A stretch of 64,000 bases of DNA. Origin: the human T2T-CHM13v2.0 reference genome, Homo sapiens. Location: assembly GCF_009914755.1 (NCBI RefSeq), contig NC_060925.1, one strand, 5' to 3'. This document shows, one piece after another, positions 27,148 through 41,081 of the stretch. Made by a program: the position numbers and the translations under genes. Under the pieces are notes generated by a model. The model saw only the letters and a program-made list of their open reading frames with translations, did no database searches and was not told the DNA's origin. How positions within the stretch are numbered: the first letter of the stretch is position 1; each line of letters begins with the position of its first letter.

Positions 27148-27542
27148 TTGTTTGTGTTTTTTTACTATACTTTAAGTTCTGGGGTACATGTGCAGAAAGT
27201 GCAGTTTTGTTACATAGGTATACATGTGCCATGGTGGTTTGCTGCACCTATCAACCCGTCATCTACATTAGGTATTTCTCCTAATGCTATCCCTCCCCTA
27301 GTCCCCCACCCCCCAACAGGATGTGGTGTGTAATGTTCCCCTCCCCGTGTCCATGTGTTCTCATTGTTCAACTCCTACTTATGAGTGAGAACATGAGGTG
27401 TTTGGTTTTCTGTTCCTGTGATAGTTTGCTGAGAATGATGGTTTCCAGCTTCATCCATGTCCCTGCAAAGGACATGAACTCATCCTTTTTTATGGCTGCG
27501 TAGTATTCTATTGTTTATATGTGCTACATTTTCTTTATCCAG
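27148..27542 (-). mobile_element. L1PA (PA7/8-like) 5'-truncated 3' end
   Basis: tatactttaagttctggggtacatgtgcag...gagaatgatggtttccagcttcatccatgtccctgcaaaggacatgaactcatcc; TSD ccgtcggtttt 27137-27147 / ccatcagtttt 27572-27582. Confidence 0.95.
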
Positions 27543-28064
27543 CTAGGTATATTATTAAAAAAACTGATGGTCCATCAGTTTTATTATAATATACCTAGGT
27601 ATGGTTTTCTTTGTGTTCTTTTTGCTTGAAGTTTGTTGAGCTTCTTACTCCAAGTGTGTTTGCATTTTTAAGTCAAATTTGCAAAATATGTTATTCATTA
27701 TTTCTTTACATTTCTTTTGTGGTCCAATCTTTCTCCTTCTCCTGTCACTCCAATTACGTGTATGTTAGGCCACTTAATAGTGTCCCACTGGTTACTTCCT
27801 ATCTGTTCCTTTTTATATCATTCTTTTGTGCATTCTTAAGTTTATTGCCCTGTCTTCTAGTTTATTGATTGTTACTTCTTCAGTGTCTAATCTTCTATTG
27901 AGCTCATCTGGTACATTTCAAGTCAGCTATTTCTCAATTTTAGAATTTTAATATTTTACAATTTCCATGTCTCTGTTGAGATTCTGCATCTGTTAATTTA
28001 TTATATTTATTTTTAAATTTCTTTTTATTTTTCCCAAAGACAAATTTGAGATGATAGTTTATTT

Positions 28065-28650
28065 AATGCATTGTTTTGTTTTAGAATGGTTATAAATTTA
28101 CAGAGAAGTTGCCAAGATAGTTCATATACCTGTCAGCCATTCCTGCCTATTGCTAACATTATTACAATGATGCATTTGTCACTAGTAAGAAACCAACATT
28201 GTTTATTGGTATTAAGTAAAACCCACACTTTATTTGAATTCCAGTCCTATTCTCCCTGTAATTTTTAAAAAATGTCAGTCCAGGAGTCCATCTAAAATAT
28301 TACATAACATTTAGTCTTCCTGTCTCCATTTCTTCTGTGGTTTATGAAAATTTATCTTGTTTGTGATAACCCTGAAGGGTTGGACGATGTCAGGTATTTT
28401 GTAGAATGTTTCTCAATTTTGTTTTGACTAATGTTTTCCCACGGTTATACAGGGTGTGGGATTTCACAGGGTGGAGTGCCCATCTAATCACATCATATCA
28501 GGGGTACAGACTAAAATGTGACTTACTGCTGTTGGCCTTTTCTTGGCTGAGGTAGAGCGGGCCAGGATTGTGTACTCTTGCCCTTTCCAAGCTCTAATCT
28601 TTAGAAATACTCCTTAAGCACAGACAGCACTCAAGGAATGGGACATCTTT
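28065..28650 (-). mobile_element. L1MC-like 3' end nested in the older L1
   Basis: ttataaatttacagagaagttgccaagatagt and gtcaggtattttgtagaatgtttctcaatttt. Confidence 0.65.
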
Positions 28651-29610
28651 TTATTTAAAATTGTTTGTACATATTTATAAGAGTTGTTTTGAAGATATTA
28701 CATGTTAATTCTAATATCTGCTTGATCTCTTACCCTATTTCCATTGACTGTTTTTTCTTCCTGGTTATAAGTGTTTTTTTTTCATGCTTCTTTGCATGTC
28801 TAGTACATTTTATTGTTTGTTGGCATAAATATTAATACATTACTTTGTTGTCTGCCTTTAAATAATATTAAGCTTTGTTCTTGAAGGCAGTTAATTTACT
28901 GACTGATCAGCTTGATCCTCTCAAGTCTTGGCTTAAGGGTTTGTTGGGATAAATCTAGAGTAGCTCTACTCCTAAGGCATTGTCCCTTTGAATTTTAAAT
29001 GGAGTGTTTTGTGTGTTCCCAGAGGTTTCTCCACTCTTACTGGTCAGAACACCAGTGCTTCCCAGAACTATGCAACATCCAGAACGTCCACTCTAAGTAT
29101 ATCTTTCCTATACTCAATCTCTGCCATGTTTCATGTAGTCTCAGCCTAGACGGGTGAAAAGTATTTGGCTAATCATTTGAAGAAATTTATATTCAGATTA
29201 TTTGTGATCATTCTTTGGCAGCTCTCTCTTCTGCAGTTCCTTACAAATTACAGTTGCCTCAGTAACTTAAAATTTACATCTCTGTTTCTTTTGCTCATAA
29301 AACTGTTGCTCTCTTTGGGCTCCATTTTGCTGTTGCCATGGTTTGAAAATGACCTCCTTTATATAAAACTAGAGGGTATGTGGCACTGTTATTTTCCCTT
29401 CTCTCAAAGATCACAAACCTTCACCATGAGCACTTTGAGAAATCTTTTCTTAGCATCTTTGTTTCATCAGCATTCAATGTAATGCTTGCATATATTAATC
29501 AGTGAGTAAATTTTAAATTATATGAATAGAATTAATTGTCTGATTAAACTCAAAAGTCATGATCATCCCATCTTTTAGTTTTAATTCCCCAAAACAATGC
29601 ACAGTAGGCT

Positions 29611-29790
29611 GTCACCACAAGAAATAAGTGTGTAAAGTAATGCATATGTTAAATAGCTTGATTTAACCATTTCACAATGTACAGTATCATGTATATCAAA
29701 TCATCATGTGTCTATATATCAAAACATCATGTTGTTCATCATAAATGTATACTTTTTTTATTTGTCAGCTAAAAAATGTTTTTTAAAAAG
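29611..29790 (+). mobile_element. L1MA 3' terminal fragment
   Basis: gtaatgcatatgttaaatagcttgatttaaccatttcacaatgta...atcaaaacatcatgttg; flanked by agtaggct on both sides. Confidence 0.85.
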
Positions 29791-30645
29791 AGTAGGCTCA
29801 TTGTTACTTATTCATGGAAAGAGTTGAGGTGATAAGGTTGAAATTGTGAGGCCACCAGTAGTTTATATCTAGTACTATATCTTTATCTTAGTTTCAGGAA
29901 AGTCCACAAAAAGTTTTTCATTTCAAATAATATTTTAACTTAAATCTTGATTTACCTATTTGGAGATTTCCTTAGTCAAGAAAAAGTCAGTGCTTGAAAA
30001 TTTTTTCCTAACCAGGCTTAACAACATTAACTTATAGTTAAGAAGTAAAACAAATTCTTTTATTTAGAATATTAGGGATAGGTAAAACTGGCCTTGTGAT
30101 TGCCAAACAATTGCCATAAACCAAAGGATGAAACTGAAGATTCCTGTTTTCCTGTTATATATAAGTGTTTTTAATCTTCTTTAGGGAAGTTTTTTTACCC
30201 AGAGAAAATATTTACATATACATTCATAAAGAAATATATTAATAACATGTGCCTTTCTTTAGTTTTTTTTAACTTTATCTTCTTGGGGTTAAAATATCCT
30301 TACCACTAAGAAAGCAGTTATTTCATTTCAAACACTATTATGGTTATCTTCCCATATAAATTTGTGGGTTATCTCTCAGCTTGCTAAGGTTTTATAAGCC
30401 AGAGAGGCTTCTGGCCTGAAGGAGTACTAGATTCTTGTTTATATGGTTGATGGGTTATGTTGAGCCCTGTATATAATCACTAATCCATGACTCCAAAACT
30501 GAAAGAAGGAGGTGGTCATATTGTCTGCAGTTATTTGATTCATGTCAGAAATTACCTATTTCTCAAGTTATTTTGTAGATTCACCTATCTATTCATTTAT
30601 GTAAACAAACATTTCTGAATTCTTGCTATGCATGGTATAAACTAG

Positions 30646-30805
30646 CCCAGGGGTTCTCAGAGTGTGATTCCTGGACCTGTAGCATTAGCATCACTTGGAA
30701 ACTTGAAGGAAAATTTTGGACCTCATGGCGGATCTACTGAATCAGAAACTTTGTGAGTGGAGCCAGCAATTTGTTTTAAGGAGATTTTCAGGTGACTCTG
30801 ATAGA
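30646..30805. mobile_element. MER5A hAT-Charlie MITE
   Basis: gttctcagagtgtgattcctggacctgtagcattagcatcacttggaaacttg...ctactgaatcagaaact...caggtgactctgat. Confidence 0.85.
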
Positions 30806-31881
30806 ACTCCAAAGAGCTCAGAATTAACACAAAATGAGAATCTCAGGTTCTTGAAGATTCAATATCTTCCTTGCCCAAGGTCTCACTACTAGTTAGTAGG
30901 AGAGGTAAAATAGTCTTCTGAAGGCCAAGCCAGGGGTCTTTATACAACATCATATTGATTAGCCACCTCTTGCCCTCCTTTCTACCCCTCCTTCCTACCC
31001 CTCCTTCCCAATGTACTTAGGTTGTATTGTATGTACTTAGGTTGATGTAGAATTGATCTTCAAAGGACTGCCTTTGGTCATCTAGTGGAGAAGCAAATGC
31101 AGACAGAACTGTAGTTACTAGGGCTTGTGAGGAATCCTTTCCCCTTCTCCAGCCAGGTATTTGAACTGTTAGTAAGCCAGCTAGTCAGGCAGTGAGCATT
31201 TATCCCCACTGTGTGCAGGGCACAAAAAGCATATTGCCCTTCGGGTGGTCTAGAACTGGGTGCATGAGAAGAAGAGAAAACAGTTCTTGCTCTTGAAAAA
31301 TTCATACATGCACACATACACACATTTTGAAAATATAGAGGAACAGTTCTGATGATCGCAATAGCAAGGGCAAGATAGTATGTACAAATAAATTATTTCT
31401 GCGGGATCTCAAATCCTAATGCCAGAGCTAGGAGGACGGGGGTTCATCAACCCCACTAATTCACTGGGCAATTTCTGCTTCATTTCGTTAGACAGAGGAG
31501 ATTGTTACCAGAAAGCCAGAAAGGAAATGCCATCTGGGACTGTGTGTGCTTCCAGACAGATGGCTGACTCTTCCAGTTCTGTTTTATTTCTGGCTGCGGA
31601 TCACACACCCCACAGCTACACTGTAAAAATGGGATGTGACGGGACATGGGATGTTGTCAGGATGTTTTATTTTTTTCTCTCTTTTTTTTTTTTGGTGGGG
31701 GGAACTTGTGGTAAAAATAAAACTTAATGATGATCTTCTTGTTTTTATTGTTGTTCAAATTAAGCCCTTGGTTGGCAAAGTAAAGGACCAATAGACCCCC
31801 AGAATTGGAGATAATATACAGGGACTTGGCAGAAAGCCAGGTTAACTTTGAGACTGCTGCTTTGTGGAAACCTTTTGTTAT

Positions 31882-31914
31882 TGTGTGTGTGTGTGTGTGT
31901 GTGTGAGTGTGTGT
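31882..31914. repeat. (TG)n microsatellite
   Basis: Directly visible. Confidence 0.95.
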
Positions 31915-32505
31915 ACCTTGGGACAGTTGGGAACTGTGACACAAAATATGAAGTAGTCCCACCAGACTGGAATGCTTCTCTCTCCTCCACGTTTTTCCTA
32001 CCTTCTTCCCACCCCTGGGCTGCCCTTGCCCCATTGCTAACTCCCTGCAGGCCAGACAGGGGTAGATGCTGCCATTAGCAGAATGGTCACAGTCCAGCTA
32101 CATTTGACCTATTCCGGGCCTTGGGTTTTAAAGTCTAGGATTTGAGCGTTTGGCTGGGAGGTTCGTATAGATGAGGAGTCTCTAGTGCCAAGAGTTGCGA
32201 GGGTCAGAGCAATTACTTAATTTAGTTCCACAGTGTTAGGCATCAGCTTGTTCAATAAGTATTTATTGAGTGACTATTGATTGAATACTACATTATACGG
32301 ATGTAAAAAAGTAAAAAATGATCCCTGAAGCCAATAAATGTACCAGAAAGAACCTTGACATCAGATTCTAACTTATTGGCTTTGTGATTTGGGACAAAGA
32401 ACTAAATGCATTTGGTCCTCAATTCTTCATCTATAAAAGCACTCAATATTGCTGGTGCCCTTCCTCCACCACTTTCCCAAGCCTCATCTCCCATCTGTAC
32501 CTTTT

Positions 32506-32687
32506 CCATGATTCTCAAACTTTGGGGTACATACCAATAGCCTGGGAAGTGCATTAAAATGCAAATTATTTGTCTCAGAAAACTTAATACAATATGTCTG
32601 GGGTGGGATTCAGAAACTTGCAGTTTTAGCATGTCCTGGTGGATAGCTAAAACAGGTCATCGGTGGGCCACACTTTGATAAACTTGG
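32506..32687. mobile_element. MER5B-like MITE
   Basis: tgattctcaaacttt...attaaaatgcaaatt...tctggggtggg...ccacactttgataaac. Confidence 0.75.
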
Positions 32688-32844
32688 CTTTAATACTATT
32701 CCAGCTTTTTGCACCCAAGTTTAACCAATATTTTTAACTCTTTCTCTGAATTCCCATAGCATTTTATTTACATTTCTAAATACTACTTGTTATGGACTTA
32801 ATCCATTATAATAAGGAACAGAAGAAAGAGTTAAGCCTTTAGAA

Positions 32845-33120
32845 CCATTCATTAAGTTAATTAACTCATTTATTCGACAACTACTTATTAACATTTACTA
32901 TGTTCAGTAAATGAACAAAACAGAATCACTGTGGCATTTCCATTCCAGAGAGTTAAGACAGGAGCTAAAAAGCCACTAAAATAATAAGTAAATAATGTAG
33001 TATGTTAGAATGATAAAAGGCATGGAAATAATGAACTGAGAAGCAAAGATCAAAAAGTAGAGCAGGGAAAGAGAATCAGGAATGCTGGAGTTGGGGGGCA
33101 GGTTGCAGTATTAAATGTGG
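32845..33120 (-). mobile_element. L2 3' end
   Basis: cattcatt...catttattcgacaactacttattaacatttactatgt antisense L2 tail. Confidence 0.6.
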
Positions 33121-34089
33121 TTTAAATATTAATTGTATTCATTAAAGGATTTATTTGGCCTTGAGCAAGTCTCTTAACCCCTTAAAGGATCCATTCCCCG
33201 TCTGTAAACCGAGACTAAGAGATCCCAACCTGAAGAATTGTGAGGTTAAGAGAGAATGTGGTATGTGGCTTTATAATACAAATAGGAAACATATCTTTCT
33301 TATCTGTATCCTCCCCTGCTGGGAGGCACACTCATCTTTCTATCCCAAGCTCTTAACAATACTTGGCATGTGGCAGACACTCAGTAAATGTCAATGGTTG
33401 AGGTAGCCAATTACCAAATACTGAGGGAGGAGTATATACAAGGGGTTATGGTCTGAAACCCTCAGCATGGCTCTTTACAAATGGGGTTCACTCTCTGAAA
33501 GAAGGTTAAATTGGTATAGTCATTACTACATTGTGATTTTGAATTATGGTCTGAGTCAGACAATCTCTATAGATCAAAATGGGAAATTCACATGATGCCA
33601 TCAGGTTAATAGTGAGGTTTCCAGGAATGACAGTGGCCCTTACCCTTTCCCTCATTTCCTATAGAATGATTCCCAAATAGTAAGGCCTAGAGAACAAATG
33701 GTCAACTGCTCCTCTTAGCTATTGTAAACCAGACTAGTACCTGGTACACACAATAGGGCTGAAAAAGCCATATTCTCTTCTGAAATATTTTATCTTCTGA
33801 ATTCCAAAGATTCCATTTGGCAAATTTGGTGGGTGAAATATATAGCTTCGAATGGAGAGACTGGAGCAAGAGAAACCACATATCCTGAGTCCCTGCAGCC
33901 CTGTCATGCTGGAAGCAATGCTCGGCTTCTCCCGTTCTGCCCAGCTCTCTCCTTCCTCCACCACTGAGCTGCTGCTGTTTCAGCCCTTCCCTTGTTGACA
34001 TGGGACCTAAAGCCCCTTCTCAAAAAAGAGACATGAAGATGCAAAAGTGGCTGACAGGTTCTTTGATACTTCCAAGATGTCTAAGAAAT

Positions 34090-34315
34090 AATAATGATAA
34101 CTAACAATTATTGAACTCTTATGCATTAGGCCCTGTTTCAAGAACTTTATGTGTATGACACCCACCTTGTGAGGTGGGTACAGTCTTTGTACTCATTTTG
34201 CTGATGGGGAAATTGGGGTTTGGAAAGGTTGAATAACTTACACAAATACAAATCAGGAGGGGAGGTGGGAATATCCATATCTAGCTGACTCTGAAGTGCA
34301 GAGCTCATCCACTGA
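34090..34315 (-). mobile_element. MIR SINE
   Basis: ataactaacaattattgaactctt...cattttgctgatggggaaattgggg...aggttgaataactt. Confidence 0.7.
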
Positions 34316-36168
34316 ATAATGTTTGTACTTTATAAAATATCACCTCTATATAAACAGTAGTTTAAGTAAAATTAATGGGAATGATGTGGAATAGAATTGG
34401 AGAGGGGGCTAGTAGAACAATCTCTTCAGTGAATTATCCTGCTCACCCTAGAGAGGTAGAGGAAGCAAGCGAACTTCCCCTTGCTCTCCACATTTGTACA
34501 ATTTAGGAGGTAGATGACATCTTGGGGTTTCCTTATCCAAGGTCACTGAGCTGGCATCTGCTCCCCAGGTGTTGCCCTTGCCTGGTGGTCAGTGGCCCTA
34601 ATATGCTTAGCTAGGCCTGGCATCAAGGACCATGTGATTTCTGTGTCCTTTGATGAGAGTTCACCTACTGATAAGGCAAGCTGGAGGGAATCAAAAAACT
34701 CAGTCGGGAAAAGATCAAGGCTTGCATTAAGGAGGAAAGAAGTGTCAGTCACTCTGATAGGGAAATAGATTTTCGTGTTTCATTGCACAAGCATGCACAT
34801 GTGCACTCAAAGCCTGCCACGTTTCAAAGCAGCCTTCAATGCCCTGGTGTTCTCTTGGAGGAGAGAGATCTGAAGCCTCTAAAAAGGCTGCAGGTATAGA
34901 GCAATTCACACAGGACACGGCCAACAACCCTCTCCCACTTCCTCTCTTCATCTCTCTTCCTCCCCGCTGTTCGCCTGTGCTTAGTGGTGGTGCTGAGGAG
35001 ATGTTTGTGAATGTGCATGTGTGCACATTTAAATTTAAACATAAAAGGAAGGGGAAAAAAAGTGACAGCTTTGGACCAAAGCAGTAAATATTCATAATGA
35101 ATGGAGGAGTCATCATGAAAGAGCAGGGGCACTTTAAGAAAAGCAAACCTCCTGAGGAAGACAGCTTTGTGGATTCTGTTTAGGATGGCAGCTTAAAAGA
35201 CCCTTCATTTCAGAGCCAGGAAGAGGCAGAGCAAGAATTTGATATACCACACCAGCTTTTTTTCTCTCTTTTTTTCCTCCTTTCCCGTCTTCTTCCTCTG
35301 AATCCCATCTTGGCTGAGCCATGGCAAAACTAAATTAGAAAAACCTGCAGAGCATTGAGAGTCCAAATGAAGCACACAGCCAATTTATCACAACAGAGCC
35401 CAGTTATCTAATAAGCCCCGTATGTAATAAATGTGCTAAGTGCCCACCTTTAACTTCAGCACACAGAGCGGCAGCCAATGGTGGGAGATGGCAGAGTCCC
35501 TGACAAGAGGATGATGTCAGACTCAGCCTGAAGCACTCAGCATCTGGCTTGCATCACTGGCTCTGAAGGGTGCTGAGCCAAGGTGGATGATGTCGAGGTC
35601 TCTGAAGGCAAGGCAAACCACTGCTGAACATTTAGAACTGGAGCAGATGCCTGTTTACAGATAGCTTTGTAAGCTGAGCAATCATCACGAGAGCAGAACT
35701 GGAGAAGCTTGGGTGAGAACAGGTTTCTTTCTTGTTTTTCTGTTTTGGAAAACAGGTGTTTTCAGGAAGAAGAACCTTCATCAGCACACGTTTCCTATCC
35801 AGAGATGAAGACAAGGGTTTTTAGAGATTGTGCATTAGACTATTTTTCTGTCTAGCCAATAAGCAAAGGGAAAAAAATATCATCTGATAATGTCAAAGGG
35901 GTAGAGAGGCAGGATATGGTATTCTTAGTTTACCCCTAGGTAACCTTGGGACAACAGGGTTATTAATCAGAAACGAAAAAAGGCTCGGGGGTCTAAACAA
36001 AATAATCAGGTTGTAGGTCAGTCTTTCAGCTTATAAGGACAGCCGGACACATAGGGTGTCTCTAGAGTCCTGTTGATAATTAGATGATCTTGGTGGAACT
36101 CCACAGGGTCTACACTCAGATCATTAGGTAGAAGTGTATTTGAAACATAAAGGGTTGTTCCTATAGAC

Positions 36169-36373
36169 CAATGGTTTTCAACTTCAGCTGTATATTAGAA
36201 TCACCTGGAGAGTTTTCAAAATGACTGATGCCTGTATGCAACTCTAAGAGATACTGATTTGTTTTTCAGATATTTATTTAATTGGTTGGAGGTAAGGCTT
36301 GGGGTGAAGACATTTAAAAAGTCCACAGATGATTCCAATGATTCCAATATGCAGTGGAGTTTGAAAACCACTG
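36169..36373. mobile_element. MER5-type MITE
   Basis: Terminal inverted repeats caatggttttcaac / tttgaaaaccactg; tagaatcacctggagag. Confidence 0.85.
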
Positions 36374-39300
36374 CAGCAGAGTGAAGATTGGGTTAGAGTC
36401 CACAGAACCAGGAAGTACTGGAAATCCCAAGTTTTGAAATTGACCCATAGGAAGCAGGAATTAGGCTTAAAAACATTGTCATTTGTATAGGTCAAAAATG
36501 ATGAGTCCTCAGTTAAAGGGTCCTCTAGAGTTTGTACTTGGTTCCTAGTCTTGGCCAATTGCTCATCTATATTTTCTTATCTAATGTGTGACTTATAATC
36601 TGCCCATACCTCGAATGGATTTGAGATAGCTTACAATAATAAAAAAGTCACACACATATACATATAATAAATTTTTAGGAAATAGAAAACATTAGAAAAA
36701 ATTATTAAAATTGCCTTTAGGAATGACATATTAATATTAATAAACAGTATAGTTTTTGAGCTTCTGAAACTCCAAGGCAAAAGATAAATTTATTCTCCCT
36801 CTCTTTAAAGACAAGGCATATTCATTTTTAGGGACAGCACTGAATTCTGGATAGAATCTATTGTATAGATTCTAATAACAAGAGCCTTGAGTACACAAAG
36901 TAGACAAATGTTGTTTTTGTTGAAGTTGCAGTGATGATTTCAAGGCTACTATATGAAGTCATGGCTCATTGAAATAATTTTTATGCCACATAGCCTCCAC
37001 TGAGGCCTGCACCCCAGTGACAAGCAGTGAGAGTTATAATGCCTCTGGGAAACTGGTACACCGTAAACTATCAAACTTCAAATTGGCATTCTCTCCTCCT
37101 TGCCTATTTAAAATTGAATTACTGTTAATATATCATTAGTACTTATGCTTCCTTTTTATTCTTTGCAAGGTGAGAATGGGTTTGTGATCATCGTCTACAT
37201 ACTTTTTTCTTTGCCCTCCTTGTGATCAACTATGCATTTGTGAGACTGATTGGTGGGGTTTGGGTGCAATTTGGGTCATGGAAAGTCATTTTTCCCCCAG
37301 TTTGCCTGGAATAAGTTCAAGATAACTTATTCATCCATCAAACATTGATTGAGAACAGATTATGTGCCTGTCACTGTGCTAATCATGGAAATATCAGTCC
37401 GTGTCGGCATGGAAATCAGAGACAATTGAAGCAATAGATACTTGGCAGTACCCTGTGATAAATATAACGGAAGCATGAACAAGACAGATAGCATGGAGAA
37501 AGAGAAGTAAGTTCTCCATAAGGAGAGTCAGGAAGGGCTTCCTAGATTAGATGATACCATGGCAAGGTTTGCAAAGATGAATCAAAATTTTCAGATGGAC
37601 TATTGGGAAAGGCACAGTAGATGGGCGGGGTGGGGGCACTGCCTGGGCAGATGCCTGGGAGCTTTGAGGAGTAATACGCAGTTCACTGCAACAAGAGCTT
37701 AAAAGAGAAGACACATAGATAGCCAGAGGACATAGATAGCCAGGAAAATACAGAAAACATTGTGTTCTAGTACAATTTTGCATATAATCTTTATTCATTA
37801 CACAAATATTTGAGTGCCAAGTATATGCCAAACTTGGGGAGGGGGGAAAACCAACCATAGTTCTGAGTCTATTTTTATAAGCTTTAAACATTTGCAATGC
37901 TGTTGTCATTTCTTTCCACTCTGAGCTAAGTTTAACCCAATTCCATCCTTCTGGGTGTTTCAAGCAGGGCCCATATGGATGGAGGCAGCTCTCTGCTATC
38001 AGAAATTCACCCCCCACCCCCACCCTATTCTCATGAACCACCAGAAAGATAAAGAAAGGAAAGGCAGCGTTGATTATTTTTCATTTAAGTCCTCCATCTG
38101 ATTTTCTTTGAGGCCTCCAGAGTCTGTGCTAATTTCTATGGTGTGTCTAGGTCAATTCAATCCTTACGAATCTGTGTATTGTTGAAACTGGTGAAGACCA
38201 TTGTTTGTCACTCAGATTCAGGCAGGGTGATAACAGAAAGTGAAGAGGGAAGGAGATGGATGGGCCTGACATTGCATTCACACTGGAGAAAACTAAAAAT
38301 AGACCTGAAAGAATCCCCAGAGTCAGAGCTGATCATAACTGCTGGACCTACCCCCCGCCGGCCGTCCCAGTCCTCCCAAAGTAGGCTGCATTCTGTTACC
38401 ACTTCGCCGGGGCTCTGCCTGAAGCCCGGTGTGAGGCTGGGATATCAGGATCATTTTCTGCATCCCATAGGATCTGGTTCCTATTGTCTGTTGCCTATGC
38501 TTTTCTCTTTATGGTACTCTGAGTGGATGGCATTGTAATTATGGTCATAAGTATTAGTAGCAGGTATGACAATGAGTGGAGCTCAAGTCTCTGGCTTTTA
38601 TGTCAACAGAGAAAAGGGTTTTCATTTGTTTCAAATGTAAACAGATGCATATAGGCAGAGTTAGCAATAGATAGAAGAGTGGAGATAGTGGTTTTGTTCC
38701 CCCACACCCGCAAGCTTCTCAGTTATGCAAATTTTTCCCTATGTGACGAACAGGGAGCCTGCTCTCCTCTGGTGTCCCCTTTTTTTTTTTCAATACCCAG
38801 GCTTCTCCTGCTTTTACCTGAGAATGGTTTTGATAATGAGAGAATGGTAAGGGAAGATGTCACATTAGCTTTAAAGCTGTGCACCCTCAGATAGTGTTTT
38901 TGACTGAAACTTCCAGTAAGGGAGTCACCAATCAATCCAGCTCAATCCAATTTAATTCATAATTACTGAGTGTGTCTTTTACTAGCATGTGTAAGAGAGA
39001 CAGCTGTGCTAGATGGACAACTTTACATGCAGCAGTACTAATTTTAAATATTCTGTGAATTTTAAATATTTGAAGTTAACTTTTTGCATTGTTTGGATCT
39101 TAAAGTATATGGTTTATATAAAAGAGTGAAGATGCTTAGACACAATTGTTGGCATTTAAGCAGTTCACTGTAAAGGTGGGGCAGTTGAGAACGAGGTGGG
39201 ACATCTTCTCTGGGGAATAGGAATGTGAATAGAGGTGCCACCTGCCCCAGCTGGCTTGGCTCCTCTTCCTCCTGCCTCATGCTCTGCCCTCTTCTGGCCT

Positions 39301-39769
39301 CCTTGGGCTTACTCTTGGCCAGCTCCACTATCCAGCTCCACCGGCCCCTCTCAGCCCACCTACAGAAGCTTCTTTTAATTTTTCCGTGCCTGTGTGTCTC
39401 TGCTCCTTCTCAAGCGTCCCAGATTCCAGTCTACCTCCATGTAGTCTACATTGTTCCTTCCTCCTTGCTCCTATATTCCTTTGGCTTCCTAGGTTCCCTG
39501 GTCTGTTCTTAGCTCAGAGTATGGATTGAGAGATTGGAGCATCTTACTATATGGTATCTACTTCTCCTTCACCTCTTCTCCCCTCATCTTTCCTTCCTAA
39601 TTCCTTCTGGGAAGTCAAACCTTCCCAAGAAGAGGGGTTCATGTTTTTCCAATTTTGTGCTATCACTAACCTAGTCCTTATTTCAGTGACTTCTTTTGTT
39701 TTCTTAGATCTGATATCTGAGTCACTCCAGTAAACCTCATTTGCACTGCTTCACCACAGATCCCACCCT

Positions 39770-39970
39770 CTGGACTCTGAAGTCAGGCTGCTTGGGTTAA
39801 ATCCTGCATGACCTTAGAAAAATTACTTAACCTTTGTGCCTTTATTTCTACTTCTTCAAAATAAGAAGAATAATAGTTCATACCCACTGCATAGTGTCTG
39901 TGTGAGGATTTGGTGAGATAATACATGCACAACACTTCACCAGTGCTGAACATAAACAAACACATATGCT
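39770..39970 (+). mobile_element. MIR SINE
   Basis: tggactctgaagtcaggctgcttgggttaaatcctg...aattacttaacctttgtgcct...tgtgaggatt. Confidence 0.75.
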
Positions 39971-40748
39971 GCTGCTTCCTGTTACCTATAGAAGGAGATA
40001 CTGCTAGGCCAGGAGGGATACTAGGACCCTGTGTGCCTCATAGCTCCAAAACTTAATCCTTTGTGTCTGTGACTAAGAGCATAAAACCCGAGGTGGTAAA
40101 TGCAATGTTGGGCTCCTGTGGTTTTGGACTTTTTTTTCTGGAGGTTTATGGCAGTACCAGAGTTGGTTGGGAAGGGATTAGAACTCTATTGGTGCTTAGT
40201 GTTTATCACGTCTATGTAAATTCTTGCAGGATAAAAAACACTTGGTAATTATGCTTGGCTGGTTTAGGAGAACAATTTTCCTCATACAAAATAATACCCT
40301 GACCTTGAAGAAAGAAGTTATTAGGCATTTACCCTCAGAAATGACATGTAGCTTTATCTGCAGAGACAGCAATAGATTAAAATATTAAAGGCCACACAGG
40401 CAGAAAGATAGAGGATCTAAACACAACTTAAAATATTATTTAAACTTAATGTTGTATTTATACATTTAATTCATTTTTATTAGCTACCAAGATATTTAAC
40501 ATAAAATAATTAGAACCTCAAGATTAAAACCAAAATGGTTACAATTTTAATTAAACCATCTCATAGGGAATTAGGCTGCATAATGAGAGGCAGCCTGGTG
40601 TAGTGGTGAGAGTCTCCTGGAGTCGGGGGACTGGAAGCACGGCTATCCACTCACAGATCTTTGGGAAAGTCTCTCTTGCTTCAGCCAACACCATGGACTT
40701 AATTGGTCAAAAGAGAGAAACTTAATTTTGATGAGTTCCACTTTTTAA

Positions 40749-41081
<333 letters not shown>

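Larger units (their letters stand above)
25320..29420 (-). mobile_element. Old L1M (L1MC/MD/ME-like) body, interrupted by younger L1 pieces
   Basis: T-rich antisense L1 motifs (tctcttgtaaacagcatatagttagg, aattctctcaacttttctttatctgaaaat, gtttgttgagcttctt). Confidence 0.8.

Noticed and set aside
35509-35607. Possible C/D-box snoRNA (ATGATG...CTGA motifs)
   Set aside because: Box C is imperfect, there is no convincing terminal stem and no evident host intron; better read as bZIP motifs.
36852-36874. 10-bp stem hairpin tagaatctat-tgt-atagattcta (and a 9-bp stem near 13740)
   Set aside because: Short AT-rich or low-complexity stems with no supporting context.
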